In this document: one piece after another, positions 1 to 12,576 of the stretch
Layout: the number at the start of each line of letters is the position of its first letter
Position numbering within the stretch: the stretch's first letter is position 1
Origin: Methanobacteriota archaeon
Lineage (GTDB): Archaea; Methanobacteriota; Methanobacteria; Methanobacteriales; Methanobacteriaceae
NCBI GenBank assembly: GCA_963787255.1
Contig: CAWBCJ010000025.1
Location: forward strand, 128,001-192,000
Length of the DNA: 64,000 bases
Direction: 5' to 3'
Translations under genes and position numbers: made by a program
Notes under the pieces: generated by a model
The model's input: only the letters and a program-made list of their open reading frames with translations
Told to the model about the DNA's origin: nothing
Databases searched by the model: none

Positions 1-2093
1 TTTAATAATTTCATTAAAGCATTTAAATCGCTTGTTGGAGATTTACAAGTACCTTCTGAGCAAACGTAAGCTGTAGCATTATCATTCTCCATTTTTTTAG
101 GTTCAAGAGCAGGAATAATTTTTACTAATTCAGAAGTTTCATCAACTGAACGTAAAACAAGGGTTTTGTTTGGAATAAAATTCATTCTGATAGCATCAAT
201 TAAAGTCTCTGTTCCAGGATCTTCTTTATTTCCCGCGATTACTATTTCATATGAGGGCCCAATTCTAAAATCAAGTGCACAAAGGAAACCTGTAAAACCT
301 GTTGGTATTTGCTGGATTGTCTGTGAAAAAGCCTTCTCGAGAAGAAGTGCTTTATTTTTAAATTCTTCATTTTCAGTTAACTGAGCGATTTTAAGTAAAT
401 TCAGAAACATTATTGAATTTCCAGATGGAATAGCCCCGTCATAAATCTCTTTTTTCCTTACAAGCACTTCCTCACCATCATCCGGTGTAAAATAAAAACC
501 TCCATTTTCACCATCCCAGAAATGATCAAACAGCGTTTCATTTAGTGATAAGGCAAACTTAAGGTAATTTACATTAAATGAGGCCTCAAAGAGCTCTAAA
601 AGGCCGTAAATCATGAATGCATAATCATCAAGATGCCCATCAATTGCAGACTCTCCTTCCCTGAATCGGTGCAATAAACGCTTGTTTTCGTGCATTTTGT
701 TATTAATGAAATCTGCTGCATCAATTGCGGCTTTTAAATATTTTCCTTCTCCAAATACCTGTGCCCCTTTTGTAAGTGAAGCAATCATCAGCCCATTCCA
801 GTCTGTAAGTATTTTATCATCTTTATGGGGATGAATACGTTTTTCCCGGTGTTCAAATAATTTTTTTCTGATTTTTTCTAACCTTATTTCCAAATCTTCC
901 CTTGAAAAACCAAATGTTTCTGCCATATCGTCAATGGAGTTTTCAAGATGCAATATATTCATCCTAGTTTTTTCACCAGTTGCTTCTTCTTTGAAATTAC
1001 CTTCTTCAGTTACACCAAACACTTTAGATACGAATTTACCCTCTTCTTCGCCTAGTATATCTAAAAGTTCCTTTTTTGTCCAAACATAGAATTTTCCTTC
1101 AACTCCTTCACTATCAGCATCTTCTGCAGAATAAAAACCACCTTCTGACGATTTCATATCTCGCAGGATGTATTCAAAGATTTCAAATGCAATATTTTTG
1201 TATTTTTCATCCTCAGTTGCCTGGAAAGCTTCAACATATGCTGCAGAAATCATGGCCTGATCGTAAAGCATTTTTTCGAAGTGTGGAACCAGCCATTCTT
1301 GATCCACGGAATAGCGATGAAATCCAAAGCCTAATTGATCATAAACTCCTCCGTTCCGCATTGAATCAAGGGTTTCAGTCACCATATCCAGAGCTCTTTG
1401 CTTTCCTGAACGTTTCCAGTAGCGCATTAAAAATAAAAGATTGTGCGCAGCTGGAAATTTAGGAGTACTTCCAAAACCACCGTGAATATCGTCAAAATTA
1501 TCTGAAAGACTATTGTAACATGTATCAAGTACATTCGGATTTAGCTCCTCCCCTGATGAGGTATCAGAAATCTTTTTGAGCGCATCAATAAGCGTATCAG
1601 CTGAGGCAGTAATTTCCTCTGGTTTTGTATTCCAGAGTTCTTTAACGTTTAAAATAAGATCTTTTAGTCCAGGTCTTCCGTAACCGCTTTCTTTGGCAAA
1701 GTATGTTCCTGCAAAAAAAGGTTTTTTATCAGGAGTCATAATAATTGTTAATGGCCATCCTCCGCTTCCTGTCATCAACTGACAAACAGTCATGTAAATA
1801 TTATCAAGATCTGGTCTTTCTTCGCGGTCTACCTTTATTGAAACAAATGTATCGTTCATTAATCGTCCGATTTCTGGATCTTCAAAGGATTCATGAGCCA
1901 TAACATGACACCAGTGACACGTTGAATATCCTATAGATAAAAATATGGGTTTATTTTCAAATTTTGCCTTTTTAAAGGCTTTATCGCCCCAGGGGTACCA
2001 GTCAACTGGATTATGCACGTGCTGGATTAAATAAGGGCTTTTTTCATTAACAAGGTGGTTAATATAGTTTGAATTATTATTTTCAGGACTCAT
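1..2093 (-). CDS. Thioredoxin-domain protein, YyaL/SSP411 (DUF255) family; 3' end runs off the window
   Basis: Manual translation from ATG 2093: [36 protein letters not shown]...[19 protein letters not shown]...GGWPLT...[12 protein letters not shown]; missing from the ORF track because the stop is outside the window. Confidence 0.92.
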   Translation of the reverse strand, partial: MSPENNNSNYINHLVNEKSPYLIQHVHNPVDWYPWGDKAFKKAKFENKPIFLSIGYSTCHWCHVMAHESFEDPEIGRLMNDTFVSIKVDREERPDLDNIYMTVCQLMTGSGGWPLTIIMTPDKKPFFAGTYFAKESGYGRPGLKDLILNVKELWNTKPEEITASADTLIDALKKISDTSSGEELNPNVLDTCYNSLSDNFDDIHGGFGSTPKFPAAHNLLFLMRYWKRSGKQRALDMVTETLDSMRNGGVYDQLGFGFHRYSVDQEWLVPHFEKMLYDQAMISAAYVEAFQATEDEKYKNIAFEIFEYILRDMKSSEGGFYSAEDADSEGVEGKFYVWTKKELLDILGEEEGKFVSKVFGVTEEGNFKEEATGEKTRMNILHLENSIDDMAETFGFSREDLEIRLEKIRKKLFEHREKRIHPHKDDKILTDWNGLMIASLTKGAQVFGEGKYLKAAIDAADFINNKMHENKRLLHRFREGESAIDGHLDDYAFMIYGLLELFEASFNVNYLKFALSLNETLFDHFWDGENGGFYFTPDDGEEVLVRKKEIYDGAIPSGNSIMFLNLLKIAQLTENEEFKNKALLLEKAFSQTIQQIPTGFTGFLCALDFRIGPSYEIVIAGNKEDPGTETLIDAIRMNFIPNKTLVLRSVDETSELVKIIPALEPKKMENDNATAYVCSEGTCKSPTSDLNALMKLL

Positions 2094-2560
2094 GCTAGCT
2101 GCTCCATCGAATAAACCATTAATAAAGGTTTAATCATATCTTTTAAAGCTTCATTAAGTTTTTAGACCTTGAGAATATTTTAATAGTGCAATTGGCATTT
2201 CTTTGAAGTGTGTTTAGAAGCATAATATATGATTTATAAAAAGAACTTTTTTTATGAATTTCGTGCTATGCATGTAAAATCCCTGATTTTCGAAGCTTAT
2301 CAGTTTTTTATCTTATTGAGAATTTAAATACTATTTATAATTAAAATCATATATTTCTTTTTGTCAGTGTTTATATGCACAATTAATATGAATATAAAAT
2401 AAATCTAAAATTATTTTAAAATTGAAAATAATAATTAGATAAGCACATACTTAGGATAAAATTTACCTTTAAGTATTGTTGAGGTCAAATAATCAAATAT
2501 TAAAATGATTTAAATTCCTTTTAATACTTAAATTTATTATAGAATAAAATGGTGACTTGA

Positions 2561-3490
2561 ATGAGCCTTATAATGTCATATATAGGAAGAAATGGATGTG
2601 TAATGGCTGGAGATAAGCGTAGAATTGGTTTTTTCGGTGATAAAGATAAAAGAGAAAAACTTGAAGAATATCTTTACGCTGGTGCCATTATAACCGACGA
2701 AGAACTATTTAAAGTAGCAGAAGAACAGGAAATAACACTTAAAGTAGTGGACGATGCTGAAAAAGTTCGTGTTATTGAGGATGTTGTCGTTGGAGAAGTG
2801 CGGTATAAAACTCCGTTTGAAACTAAGAGAAAAAGAATTTATGCAACTACAAACGGTTATGTCCTTACAGAACTTGTAGGATCACATATCGACAAAATTG
2901 AAAATGGAGATAGCTCTATAGTCGTGTTTGGGAATAAAATAACCAAATCGAAGGCCAATGAACTTATTAAAAAGCATTGGAAATCCAAAGCTAGTCTGGA
3001 AAATGTTTCTGAAGTTTTTAAGAAAGTTATGGGGGAAGTATCAGCTATTACACCTTCTGTAAGTGATGAATATGATATTTTCACTCAGGATGTTAAATTA
3101 GATAAAAAGGAAGCTCAAAAACTTTTAAGAGAAACTATGGTTAAGGATGTTAAAGATCTTCAAAAAATGAGGGACGGATTAAGGAAACAGCTTGACCAGA
3201 CTGCAAAATCAATTGAGATGGCATCCAAAATTGTCATTGAAGGTGAAGTAGGGATGGTTAAATCTATTGAAGGTGAAAATCTCAAAATTCTCCTTAAAGA
3301 AGGTGTTCAGGCATTGGATATGGAGTGGAATGTTATTGCAGATTCAGGTAATCTGATTGAAATGAATACTGACGATCCTTCAAGCGTTATAATTGGAGAC
3401 ATGGCAGTTATTGAAAATGAAAATTTATGCATTAAAAGAACAAAGCTAAACCTCCAATGCAACGTAATTTTATGTAAAATTGATAAATAA
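2561..3490 (+). CDS. Connectase (DUF2121/MJ0548 family), methanogen protein ligase related to proteasome beta subunits
   Basis: N-terminus MSLIMSYIGRNGCVMAGDKRRI with Ser1 nucleophile position, EEYLYAGAI, KRKRIYAT, TPSVS; long helix plus beta-rich C-terminal extension. Confidence 0.85.
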   Translation: MSLIMSYIGRNGCVMAGDKRRIGFFGDKDKREKLEEYLYAGAIITDEELFKVAEEQEITLKVVDDAEKVRVIEDVVVGEVRYKTPFETKRKRIYATTNGYVLTELVGSHIDKIENGDSSIVVFGNKITKSKANELIKKHWKSKASLENVSEVFKKVMGEVSAITPSVSDEYDIFTQDVKLDKKEAQKLLRETMVKDVKDLQKMRDGLRKQLDQTAKSIEMASKIVIEGEVGMVKSIEGENLKILLKEGVQALDMEWNVIADSGNLIEMNTDDPSSVIIGDMAVIENENLCIKRTKLNLQCNVILCKIDK

Positions 3491-3518
3491 AAGTATAATA
3501 ATTGAAAATGGTGAATAA

Positions 3519-4331
<813 letters not shown>

Positions 4332-4558
4332 GTTTATACTAAATTACTATTTTTATTAAAGGAAGTTTAATAAGATCTCAGAATCTTTTATAATTATTTT
4401 TAATTAAAAGCTCTTAATATGATACAGAAAAATGTTATTGCAAAACATTTACAGATTGAAAAAGAATTTATTATTTTTTTTGAAAATTTATAATATTTAA
4501 AGTTTATACTAACATTATTAAATAAGTACTACAAAACTATCTATCAAAGGAGATAGTC

Positions 4559-7500
4559 ATGTTCCACAAAACTTCAATGCGGAATATAGAAGAAATTTTG
4601 CATTTTCAGGCAGATATCCTAAATAATATTCTAGATTGTGTTATAGTCGCTGATTTAGAAGGGAAAATTATTTACTGGAATAATGGGGCTGAAAAACTTT
4701 ATGGATACTCTTCTAAAGAAGTTTTGGGTCAATCTATATCAATATTATATTTAGATCAGGATAATACTAATTTTAAAAGAGATTTTGAAAACACAGAAAA
4801 AAACATTAAAGATGGAATTGAAGTTACAGGGATTTTCAAAGGCAGAAAAAAAGATGGTTCATATGTTTGGACTGATTTTAGACGAACTGCTATGAAAGAT
4901 GAGGAAGGTAACCTCTTGGGTTTTATAAGTGTAAGTCGTGATATAACTGAGCAAAAAAAAGCTGAAAAAGCACTTAGTAAAGCAGAAGAGCGCTATCGCA
5001 CTGTTGCTGATTTTACATATGATTGGGAAGAATGGATTGATCCTAATGGTAAACTTATCTACATATCTCCAAGTTGTGAACGAATTTCAGGATATTCTAA
5101 AAATGAATTCCTTAATAATCCAGATCTATTATTAGAAATAGTGCATCCTGAAGATTATGATCGACTATTAAAGCATAAAAACGAAATCGAAGTTCACGAT
5201 AAAAAAGTAGAACTCTTCAGTTTTCGAATTACAGGCCGTGATGGAAACATTAGATGGATTGAACATGTATGCAGATCTGTTTACAGCAAGGAAGGAGCAT
5301 ATATTGGCCGGAGAATAAGCAATCGTGACATTACTGGGCGAAAAAAAGCGGAAAAAGAAATTAAAAAAGTTAATATTTATAATCGCGGACTTATTGAGTC
5401 TAGTTTGGATCCGCTGGTTACTATTGGGCCAGATGGTAAAATTACGGATGTAAACAGTGCCACTGAGATGATTACTGGTTATTCTCGAAAAAAGCTTATT
5501 GGCACTGACTTTTCAGAATATTTTACATGGCCTGAAAAGGCAAGAGAGGGTTATCAAAAAGTTTTTGAAGATGGTGTTGTTCGAAACTATGAACTGGAGA
5601 TTAAAAATAAAAATGGAAGAGTGATACCAGTTTCTTATAATGCTTCTGTTTATAAGGATGAGCAGGAGAATGTTATTGGGGTTTTTGCAGCGGCACGTGA
5701 TATTACAGAACTTAAAATTGCAGAAGAATCACTTAAAGAAGCTCATGATACTTTAGAGATTAAAGTTAAAGAGAGGACTAATGAACTTGAAAAAGCCTAT
5801 GAAGCACTTAGTGAAAGTGAAGAGAAATTCCGTGAACTGTTTAACAATGCAAATGATGTAATTACCTTAGGTGAACTTACAGAAGATGGAATGCCTGGAA
5901 AGTTTATTGAAGTAAATGATGCAGCTACACAGAAATTAGGTTATAGTAAGGATGAATTGCTAAACATGACTCCTTTAGACATTATCCAAAAAGAAATAGA
6001 AAACGCGCCAAAAAATGCGCTAAAACTTTTAGAAGAAGGTAGTAGTAAATTTGAAGCGGTTCATATAGCTAAAGATGGTTCTAAAATTCCTGTTGAAGTA
6101 AACACGCACCTTTTTAAATTAAAGGGTAAGAAGGTAATTCTTGGTATTTCTCGTGATATTAGTGAGCGTAAAAGGGCTGAAGAAGAACTTAAAAAGTCTG
6201 AAGCTTATTATAAAACCATATTTGAAAATACTGGAACTGCAAGTGTAATTGTTGAAGAAGATTCCACAGTATCTCTTGTAAATGCAGAATTTGAAAAACT
6301 TTGGGGATATTCTAAAGAGGAAGTTGAAAATGAAAAGAAATGGCAAGAATTTGTAGCTGATGATTATATCCAAAAAATGGAGGAATATCATAATCTTCGA
6401 AGAATTAATCCAGAATCAGCTCCAAGAACTTATGAATTCAAATTTATTGATAAATATGACAACGTTAAAGATGTTTCGATGACGATTGCTATGATTCCGG
6501 GAACTAAAAAAAGTTTAGCATCTATTTTAGACATCACTGATACAAAAATAGCTGAAAATGCTTTGCGCAAAAGTGAAGCACAGCTTAGGGTTGCGATGGA
6601 TCTAGCCAAAATCGTATCATGGGAATATGATGTTGAATCTGATATGTTCACATTTGATGATCATTTTTATGCTTTGTACGGTACAACTGTTAAAGAAGCA
6701 GGTGGAATGCAAATGTCCCCTGAAGAGTATGCCCGAAGGTTCATTCCTCCTGAAGAGTCTTTTCTTGTAGCAGAAGAGACGACTAAAGCGTTAAAAACAG
6801 ATGATCCTAACTTTTTCAGGCAAGTTGAACATAGCATTATACGAGCTGACGGTGAAAAACGTTTTATAACTGTTCGTTATGGAATTATCAAAGATGATAA
6901 AGGTCGAACTATTAAAACATACGGCGCAAACCAGGACATTACTGAACTTAAAAAAGCCCAAGAATCCATTATTAAATCAAGAGATTATCTAGATAAAATT
7001 ATAAATTCTATAGCGGATCCTGTTCTTGTTAAGGATAAAACACATCGATGGGTGCTTTTAAACGATGCATACTGTCAGTTTATGGGTTATTCACGTGAAG
7101 AACTATTATTTAAGTCTGATTATGATTTCTTCCCTCCAAATGAAGCAGATATTTTTTGGAATAAAGATGAAGAAGTTTTAAAAACTGGCAAGGAAAATGT
7201 AAATGAAGAAGAATTCACAGATTCAAATAATAATGTGCATACTATAGTCACTAAAAAGACATTATATGAAGATATTTCTGGAGAAAAATACATAGTAGGG
7301 ATTATTAGAGATATAACTGAGTTAAAAACTGCCGAAAAGCAAAAAATACGTCATTTGAATAAATTAAATACATTAAACAAGATTATTGTAACTGCAAACC
7401 GTTCTAATGATATTGAATCTCTTTTAAATAATGTTTTAAACCTTACATTAGAATTAATGAATTTTGATGGTGGAAGAATATATTTAATCGATGAAAATAC

Positions 7501-8542
7501 CCAAGTTGCAGAAATAATATGTTCTAAGGGATTACCGGGAGATTTCCTCAAAACTGTTGATAATATCCAAATAGATGAATATCCCTATAGTGAGGTCTTT
7601 ATTAATGGAAAATCAATGTTTATGGATAGATATGATAAGCTCCGTCCTGAGTATTCCAAATGGCATTTAAAATCAGGAGCTTCAGTTCCACTATATTCAA
7701 AGAATAAGATTATAGGAGCTTTCAATCTTGAGAACTTGAAAATGCATAATTTTACAAAAGGAGAGAAGAAGCTAATAAAAGCAATAGGTAGAGAAATAGG
7801 AAATACAATTGCCAGGTTAATTACTGATGAAGAAATGAAATCTCTTATAAAAGAATTAAAACACTCCAACGATGAATTAGAACAATTCGCATATATTACC
7901 TCTCATGATTTACAGGAGCCACTTCGTACTATTGCCAGTTTCACCCAGCTTTTACAAATGCGTTATAAAGGCCAGTTAGATAGTGATGCGGATGAATTCA
8001 TGGGATATATGGTTGATGCCAGCATCAGGATGAAGAAAATGATTCAAGGTTTACTAAATTATTCTCGAATTGGGAAAGAAGGAATGGATTTAAGACAAAT
8101 AAACTTTGAACATATAGTTGATGAAGCTTTATCTAATCTTAAATTAGTAATAGAGGAAAATAATGCGGTAATTACTTATGATAAACTACCTTCAGTAATT
8201 GGAGATCACAAATTACTTGTTCAACTTCTTCAAAACTTGATTATCAATGCAATTAAATTTAAAGGCGAAAAATCCCCCGAAATTCATATATCAGCTAGAA
8301 AAAGTGAAAAAGAAGATAAATATATTATTTCTGTAGAGGATAATGGAATAGGAATTGATCCTCAGTATGCGGACCGTATATTTAAAGTCTTTAAACGTCT
8401 GCATACTCTAGATGAATATGAAGGAGCAGGAATTGGATTATCAATCGCGAAAAGAATAGTTGAAAATCATGGTGGCAGAATTTGGGTTGAATCAGAACTA
8501 AATAAAGGATCTAAATTTTATTTCACCCTCAAATCTTACTAA
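4559..8542 (+). CDS. Cytoplasmic multi-sensor histidine kinase (about 7 PAS + GAF + HisKA + HATPase)
   Basis: Repeated PAS/PAC units ending in DITE/DISE; H-box SHDLQEPLR; N-box NLIINAIKF; G1 DNGIGI; G2 GAGIGL; no TM segment. Confidence 0.93.
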   Translation: MFHKTSMRNIEEILHFQADILNNILDCVIVADLEGKIIYWNNGAEKLYGYSSKEVLGQSISILYLDQDNTNFKRDFENTEKNIKDGIEVTGIFKGRKKDGSYVWTDFRRTAMKDEEGNLLGFISVSRDITEQKKAEKALSKAEERYRTVADFTYDWEEWIDPNGKLIYISPSCERISGYSKNEFLNNPDLLLEIVHPEDYDRLLKHKNEIEVHDKKVELFSFRITGRDGNIRWIEHVCRSVYSKEGAYIGRRISNRDITGRKKAEKEIKKVNIYNRGLIESSLDPLVTIGPDGKITDVNSATEMITGYSRKKLIGTDFSEYFTWPEKAREGYQKVFEDGVVRNYELEIKNKNGRVIPVSYNASVYKDEQENVIGVFAAARDITELKIAEESLKEAHDTLEIKVKERTNELEKAYEALSESEEKFRELFNNANDVITLGELTEDGMPGKFIEVNDAATQKLGYSKDELLNMTPLDIIQKEIENAPKNALKLLEEGSSKFEAVHIAKDGSKIPVEVNTHLFKLKGKKVILGISRDISERKRAEEELKKSEAYYKTIFENTGTASVIVEEDSTVSLVNAEFEKLWGYSKEEVENEKKWQEFVADDYIQKMEEYHNLRRINPESAPRTYEFKFIDKYDNVKDVSMTIAMIPGTKKSLASILDITDTKIAENALRKSEAQLRVAMDLAKIVSWEYDVESDMFTFDDHFYALYGTTVKEAGGMQMSPEEYARRFIPPEESFLVAEETTKALKTDDPNFFRQVEHSIIRADGEKRFITVRYGIIKDDKGRTIKTYGANQDITELKKAQESIIKSRDYLDKIINSIADPVLVKDKTHRWVLLNDAYCQFMGYSREELLFKSDYDFFPPNEADIFWNKDEEVLKTGKENVNEEEFTDSNNNVHTIVTKKTLYEDISGEKYIVGIIRDITELKTAEKQKIRHLNKLNTLNKIIVTANRSNDIESLLNNVLNLTLELMNFDGGRIYLIDENTQVAEIICSKGLPGDFLKTVDNIQIDEYPYSEVFINGKSMFMDRYDKLRPEYSKWHLKSGASVPLYSKNKIIGAFNLENLKMHNFTKGEKKLIKAIGREIGNTIARLITDEEMKSLIKELKHSNDELEQFAYITSHDLQEPLRTIASFTQLLQMRYKGQLDSDADEFMGYMVDASIRMKKMIQGLLNYSRIGKEGMDLRQINFEHIVDEALSNLKLVIEENNAVITYDKLPSVIGDHKLLVQLLQNLIINAIKFKGEKSPEIHISARKSEKEDKYIISVEDNGIGIDPQYADRIFKVFKRLHTLDEYEGAGIGLSIAKRIVENHGGRIWVESELNKGSKFYFTLKSY

Positions 8543-8562
8543 AAAAGTCATAAATATTTTTT

Positions 8563-9657
8563 TTAAATAATTTTGTTTGGTTGAATTAAACCTGCCCTTA
8601 TAATATGATCAGCAATTATTATGGCTACAGAAGACTCAGCAACTGTTGTTACCCTTGGGCATATACAAGGATCGTGCCGTCCTTTAATTTCTATTTCAGT
8701 ATTTTTATTTTTGTTTAGATCTACTGTTTGTTGAGTTTTAGAAATTGAAGGTGTTGGTTTAACAGCCATTCTTGCAATTATGGGCATTCCATCGGATATT
8801 CCGCCAAGAATTCCACCGGCATTATTTGTTTTTGTTTTAATTTCATTGTTTTCAATGTAAAATTGGTCGTTCATTTGGGAGCCCTTTAAACTGGATGCAT
8901 GGAATCCTGCGCCAATTTCTACTCCTTTAACTGATCCAATTCCCATTAAAACCTTGGCAATATCGGCATCTAACTTATCAAATACAGGTTCTCCTAACCC
9001 TGCAGGTGCATTTAAAACAATTGCTTCAACAATTCCACCTACAGAATCTCCTTTAGATTTTAAATCCAGTATTAAATCTTCCATTTTTGCAGCAGCTTCT
9101 GTATCAGCGCATCTAACAGCATTTTCATTAATATTATTTTCTATTTCTTCTAATTTAACTTCCCTGGCTGCAATATGACCGATTTTAGTTACATGGGAAA
9201 TTACTTTAATATTCAATGTCTCAAGGAGCTTTTTAGCGACTGCACCACCTATTACATGGCCTATTGTGGTTCTTCCACTGGCTCTACCGCCTCCTCTGTA
9301 ATCATAATGCCCATACTTAGTTTTCCAGCTGAAATCCGCATGTCCGGGTCTTGGTTTACCTCTAAGAGAGGTATATGCAGATGAATCCATGTCTTTGTTG
9401 TAAACTGCTGCTGTAATGGGTGTTCCGTCAGTTTTTCCTTCAAAAATTCCTGATAAAATCTGAACTTGGTCAGTTTCTCCTCTTGAAGTTGTAATTTTAC
9501 TTGTTCCGGGTTTTCTTTTATCAAGTTCTTTTTGTATATCTTCTTGGGATAATTCCAGTCCTGCTGGACATCCGTCAACTATCGCTCCAAGTGCAGTGCC
9601 GTGGCTTGAGCCGAAAGTGGTTATTTTAAATATTTTACCTATTGAATTTCCTGACAT
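8563..9657 (-). CDS. aroC: Chorismate synthase
   Basis: [33 protein letters not shown] motifs; ATG 9657 preferred over upstream TTG. Confidence 0.96.
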   Translation of the reverse strand: MSGNSIGKIFKITTFGSSHGTALGAIVDGCPAGLELSQEDIQKELDKRKPGTSKITTSRGETDQVQILSGIFEGKTDGTPITAAVYNKDMDSSAYTSLRGKPRPGHADFSWKTKYGHYDYRGGGRASGRTTIGHVIGGAVAKKLLETLNIKVISHVTKIGHIAAREVKLEEIENNINENAVRCADTEAAAKMEDLILDLKSKGDSVGGIVEAIVLNAPAGLGEPVFDKLDADIAKVLMGIGSVKGVEIGAGFHASSLKGSQMNDQFYIENNEIKTKTNNAGGILGGISDGMPIIARMAVKPTPSISKTQQTVDLNKNKNTEIEIKGRHDPCICPRVTTVAESSVAIIIADHIIRAGLIQPNKII

Positions 9658-9829
9658 GGATACAACATCCCCCAAATAAAATTATAAATTGAATTAATTA
9701 TATTCTGCTATAAAATATCTGGGTTAACCTTTATTAATATATAATAAATCTAAAACAATATGTCCGGGCTAGTTTGATCAGATTTGAAAATATTTTTAAG
9801 AGTAATATTAAGGAATGATTTTATTAAAA

Positions 9830-10276
9830 TCACATTCTTAATATAAAACCGGTTTTTTCACCCCTATTGAATCCTGCATTTTCATAAAATCTAAATATGG
9901 ATTCATCTTTGCTGCTTGTCATTAACATTACTTTGTAACAGCTCCTTTTTCGACATATTTCAACGGCCTTATTTAAAACAGTAGTTGCATATCCTTTGTT
10001 TCTATAATCGGGATGGGTAACAACATTTTCTATTATTCCATAAGGTCTTGCTGATCTTGTTAGATTCTTAATTATGGCAAGAGTGCATGATGAAACAATT
10101 TTTCCGTCTTCTTCAATAACGATGTAAAAAAGATTAGGATCAGACAGTATTTCATTCCAATGTTTTTTTACACTATGATCTACCTCTAATTCGAGGTCAT
10201 CTGGAATTAAATATTTGTAAAGTGATAATAATTGATGTAATTCATCTTCTTTTATCAATCGTGCTTTATTTATCAT
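9830..10276 (-). CDS. GNAT family N-acetyltransferase
   Basis: IENVVTHPDYRNKGYA acetyl-CoA motif; CYKVMLM; FYENAGF. Confidence 0.9.
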   Translation of the reverse strand: MINKARLIKEDELHQLLSLYKYLIPDDLELEVDHSVKKHWNEILSDPNLFYIVIEEDGKIVSSCTLAIIKNLTRSARPYGIIENVVTHPDYRNKGYATTVLNKAVEICRKRSCYKVMLMTSSKDESIFRFYENAGFNRGEKTGFILRM

Positions 10277-10313
10277 TTTTAAATTCTAATTTTTTTTCTA
10301 TAATGGTTATGGA

Positions 10314-10697
10314 TTATGTTATGTCTTCTATGGAGATTATTTTCCCATCTTTAAATTTAAAGATGGATTTACTTTGAAGTTTAATTAAATCATATTTTTT
10401 AGGTCCGTCTGGTATATCCACAGCTAAAACACCTTTAAAATCAATTTTGTTTTCTACCATATCGTCCCCAAACTTTTGTTCCAGTATTTTCATTTCTCTT
10501 TTTTTAAACAAACTAAATGCATGCTCCACCTGATTTTTAAATGCAATTTTACCATTTAATTCAAGAGTTACCTTATCTCCAACAATATTTTTAAACACAA
10601 CATCCCTGTGAAGATTTCTAATCATCCCATCCGCGTCAAATTTACTATAAGCTTCAATGTACTGATCAATGATTTTCTTCATTAATTTTTCTTTCAT
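10314..10697 (-). CDS. NTF2/SnoaL-like protein
   Basis: IIDQYIEAY..FD...M...LHRDVVF start and FKFKDGKII.IED end typical of SnoaL-like fold. Confidence 0.75.
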   Translation of the reverse strand: MKEKLMKKIIDQYIEAYSKFDADGMIRNLHRDVVFKNIVGDKVTLELNGKIAFKNQVEHAFSLFKKREMKILEQKFGDDMVENKIDFKGVLAVDIPDGPKKYDLIKLQSKSIFKFKDGKIISIEDIT

Positions 10698-10852
10698 AAT
10701 TAATCTCTCTTTTAGTTGGATAATTTACTATCCTAGGTTTTTATTAAAAAACATTATAATATTAGATTGATTTAAATTTAACCAAAACCATTTATAATTC
10801 TTTAATTGTCTTTAATTTTATGACAAATATTTTTTTTGTTTGAGTGAGAAAA

Positions 10853-11551
10853 ATGCAGAATCTGATAATTGAAATTTACCAAAAACTTTATGAACTTTAC
10901 GGTGCCCAGGGATGGTGGCCATTAATCAACTATGACGGCGTAAATCTCAATAAAACCGGTGCAATAAGAGGTTATCATCCAAAAAATTATGATCTGCCCC
11001 AAAAAAGAAATGATATTTATGAAATAATATTAGGCTCGATTTTGACACAGAATACATCCTGGCTGCAGGCTGAAAAGGCATTATTCAACTTAAATGAAAT
11101 AAATGCAATAGATCCCCAAAAATTATTGCAGTTAAATGATGAAGCATTAAAATCCATGATTAAATGTGCCGGATTTTTAAATCAAAAATCAACCTATTTA
11201 AGAGAAATAACCAAATTTTTCATAGAATTAAACGGGGAGATTCCAACAAGAAAAGAATTATTGACAATTAAAGGTGTTGGAAATGAAACTGCAGATTCAA
11301 TCTTGCTCTATGCATATAAACAGCCCGAATTTGTTGTTGATACCTACACTAAACGTATATTTATACATCTAGGACTGGTAGATGAAAATATTAAATATAT
11401 GGAATTGAAGGAATTTTTTGAATCGAATTTGCCTAAGGATGTACCAGTTTATCAGGAATATCATGCTTTAATAGTGGAGCATGCCAAAAGGTACTATGGA
11501 AAAAAGCCATATGGAGTTAATGACCCATTGATTGAATTAATTTCAATTTAA
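10853..11551 (+). CDS. Endonuclease III-related HhH-GPD protein
   Basis: [13 protein letters not shown], Hh[34 protein letters not shown]. Confidence 0.88.
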   Translation: MQNLIIEIYQKLYELYGAQGWWPLINYDGVNLNKTGAIRGYHPKNYDLPQKRNDIYEIILGSILTQNTSWLQAEKALFNLNEINAIDPQKLLQLNDEALKSMIKCAGFLNQKSTYLREITKFFIELNGEIPTRKELLTIKGVGNETADSILLYAYKQPEFVVDTYTKRIFIHLGLVDENIKYMELKEFFESNLPKDVPVYQEYHALIVEHAKRYYGKKPYGVNDPLIELISI

Positions 11552-11595
11552 TAATAGACCAATTATTTATATAAAAAAACTTGGAGATTTATAAA

Positions 11596-12465
11596 TTGCC
11601 AAATATCAAATTTTCAGATATCAGCGTAAAATTAATTAAATTAACATTCAATTCTCGTTTTACTTTTGCAAAGGTCTGTAAAAAAGTGCCTCCATTTGCT
11701 AATGTTGTTGATAAATTATTATTTGAAGGTGACGATATACAGGTTCTTCCGCGAGATTCAGTTATTAAATCAAATAATACTGTAGTTGGTGAAGAAATTA
11801 CAATAAATATTGATGTTGAAGTACCTGAAAATGTAATGCTTCCCAGCCAGGTCCTGAAAGAAATGATAATGAAATCCAGATATCATTTTATTATGGATTC
11901 ATGTATTTGCAGAGTTTCAAATGACTGTAAAGATTATCCTCAAGAATTAGGATGTTTATTTTTAGGTAAAGGGGCTAAAAGAATTTCACCTAAATTAGGA
12001 AGACCTGTTTCAGCAGACGAAGCTATAGAATATATTGGTAAATGTCAAGAAGCAGGCTTAGTTCATATTATTGGTAGAAACAAAATTGACAGTATTTGGT
12101 TAAATACAGGACCTAAAGAAGAACTTTTATCCATCTGCAACTGCTGTTCTTGCTGTTGTTTATGGAAAATGGCGCCTGATCTTCCAGAAAATCTTGGAAA
12201 AAGCTTTTCAAAAATGGATGGTGTAGAAATAAAATTAAATGAAGCCCTTTGTGTTGGTTGCGGAAAATGTACAAAAGATATATGCTTTGTAGAAGCAATC
12301 AGTGTTGAAAATGGAAAAGCAATTATAGATATGATAAAATGTAGGTGTTGTGGGAGATGTGCTGAAATTTGTTCCAGTGGTGCTTTGACGGTTCAAATGG
12401 ATGAAGATGCTGTAAAACATTCAATTAAACGCGTTGAATCATTAGTTGATGTAAAATTAGAATGA
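11596..12465 (+). CDS. Cys-rich 4Fe-4S binding (ferredoxin-domain) protein
   Basis: [18 protein letters not shown], and two ferredoxin motifs CVGCGKC...C and [11 protein letters not shown]; TTG start after GGAG. Confidence 0.8.
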   Translation: MPNIKFSDISVKLIKLTFNSRFTFAKVCKKVPPFANVVDKLLFEGDDIQVLPRDSVIKSNNTVVGEEITINIDVEVPENVMLPSQVLKEMIMKSRYHFIMDSCICRVSNDCKDYPQELGCLFLGKGAKRISPKLGRPVSADEAIEYIGKCQEAGLVHIIGRNKIDSIWLNTGPKEELLSICNCCSCCCLWKMAPDLPENLGKSFSKMDGVEIKLNEALCVGCGKCTKDICFVEAISVENGKAIIDMIKCRCCGRCAEICSSGALTVQMDEDAVKHSIKRVESLVDVKLE

Positions 12466-12576
12466 TTCCATAAATACGATATAAGTTTATAATCATTCTA
12501 TAACTGCCTTTTTTTGTGTATTAATATAAGGACTGTTATAATTTGGTTTTATTAGTTTCATTTAAAATTAATAATG

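Noticed and set aside
166-1462. ORF-track + strand ORFs at 166-384 and 1076-1462
   Set aside because: Antisense shadows of the YyaL-family gene on the minus strand
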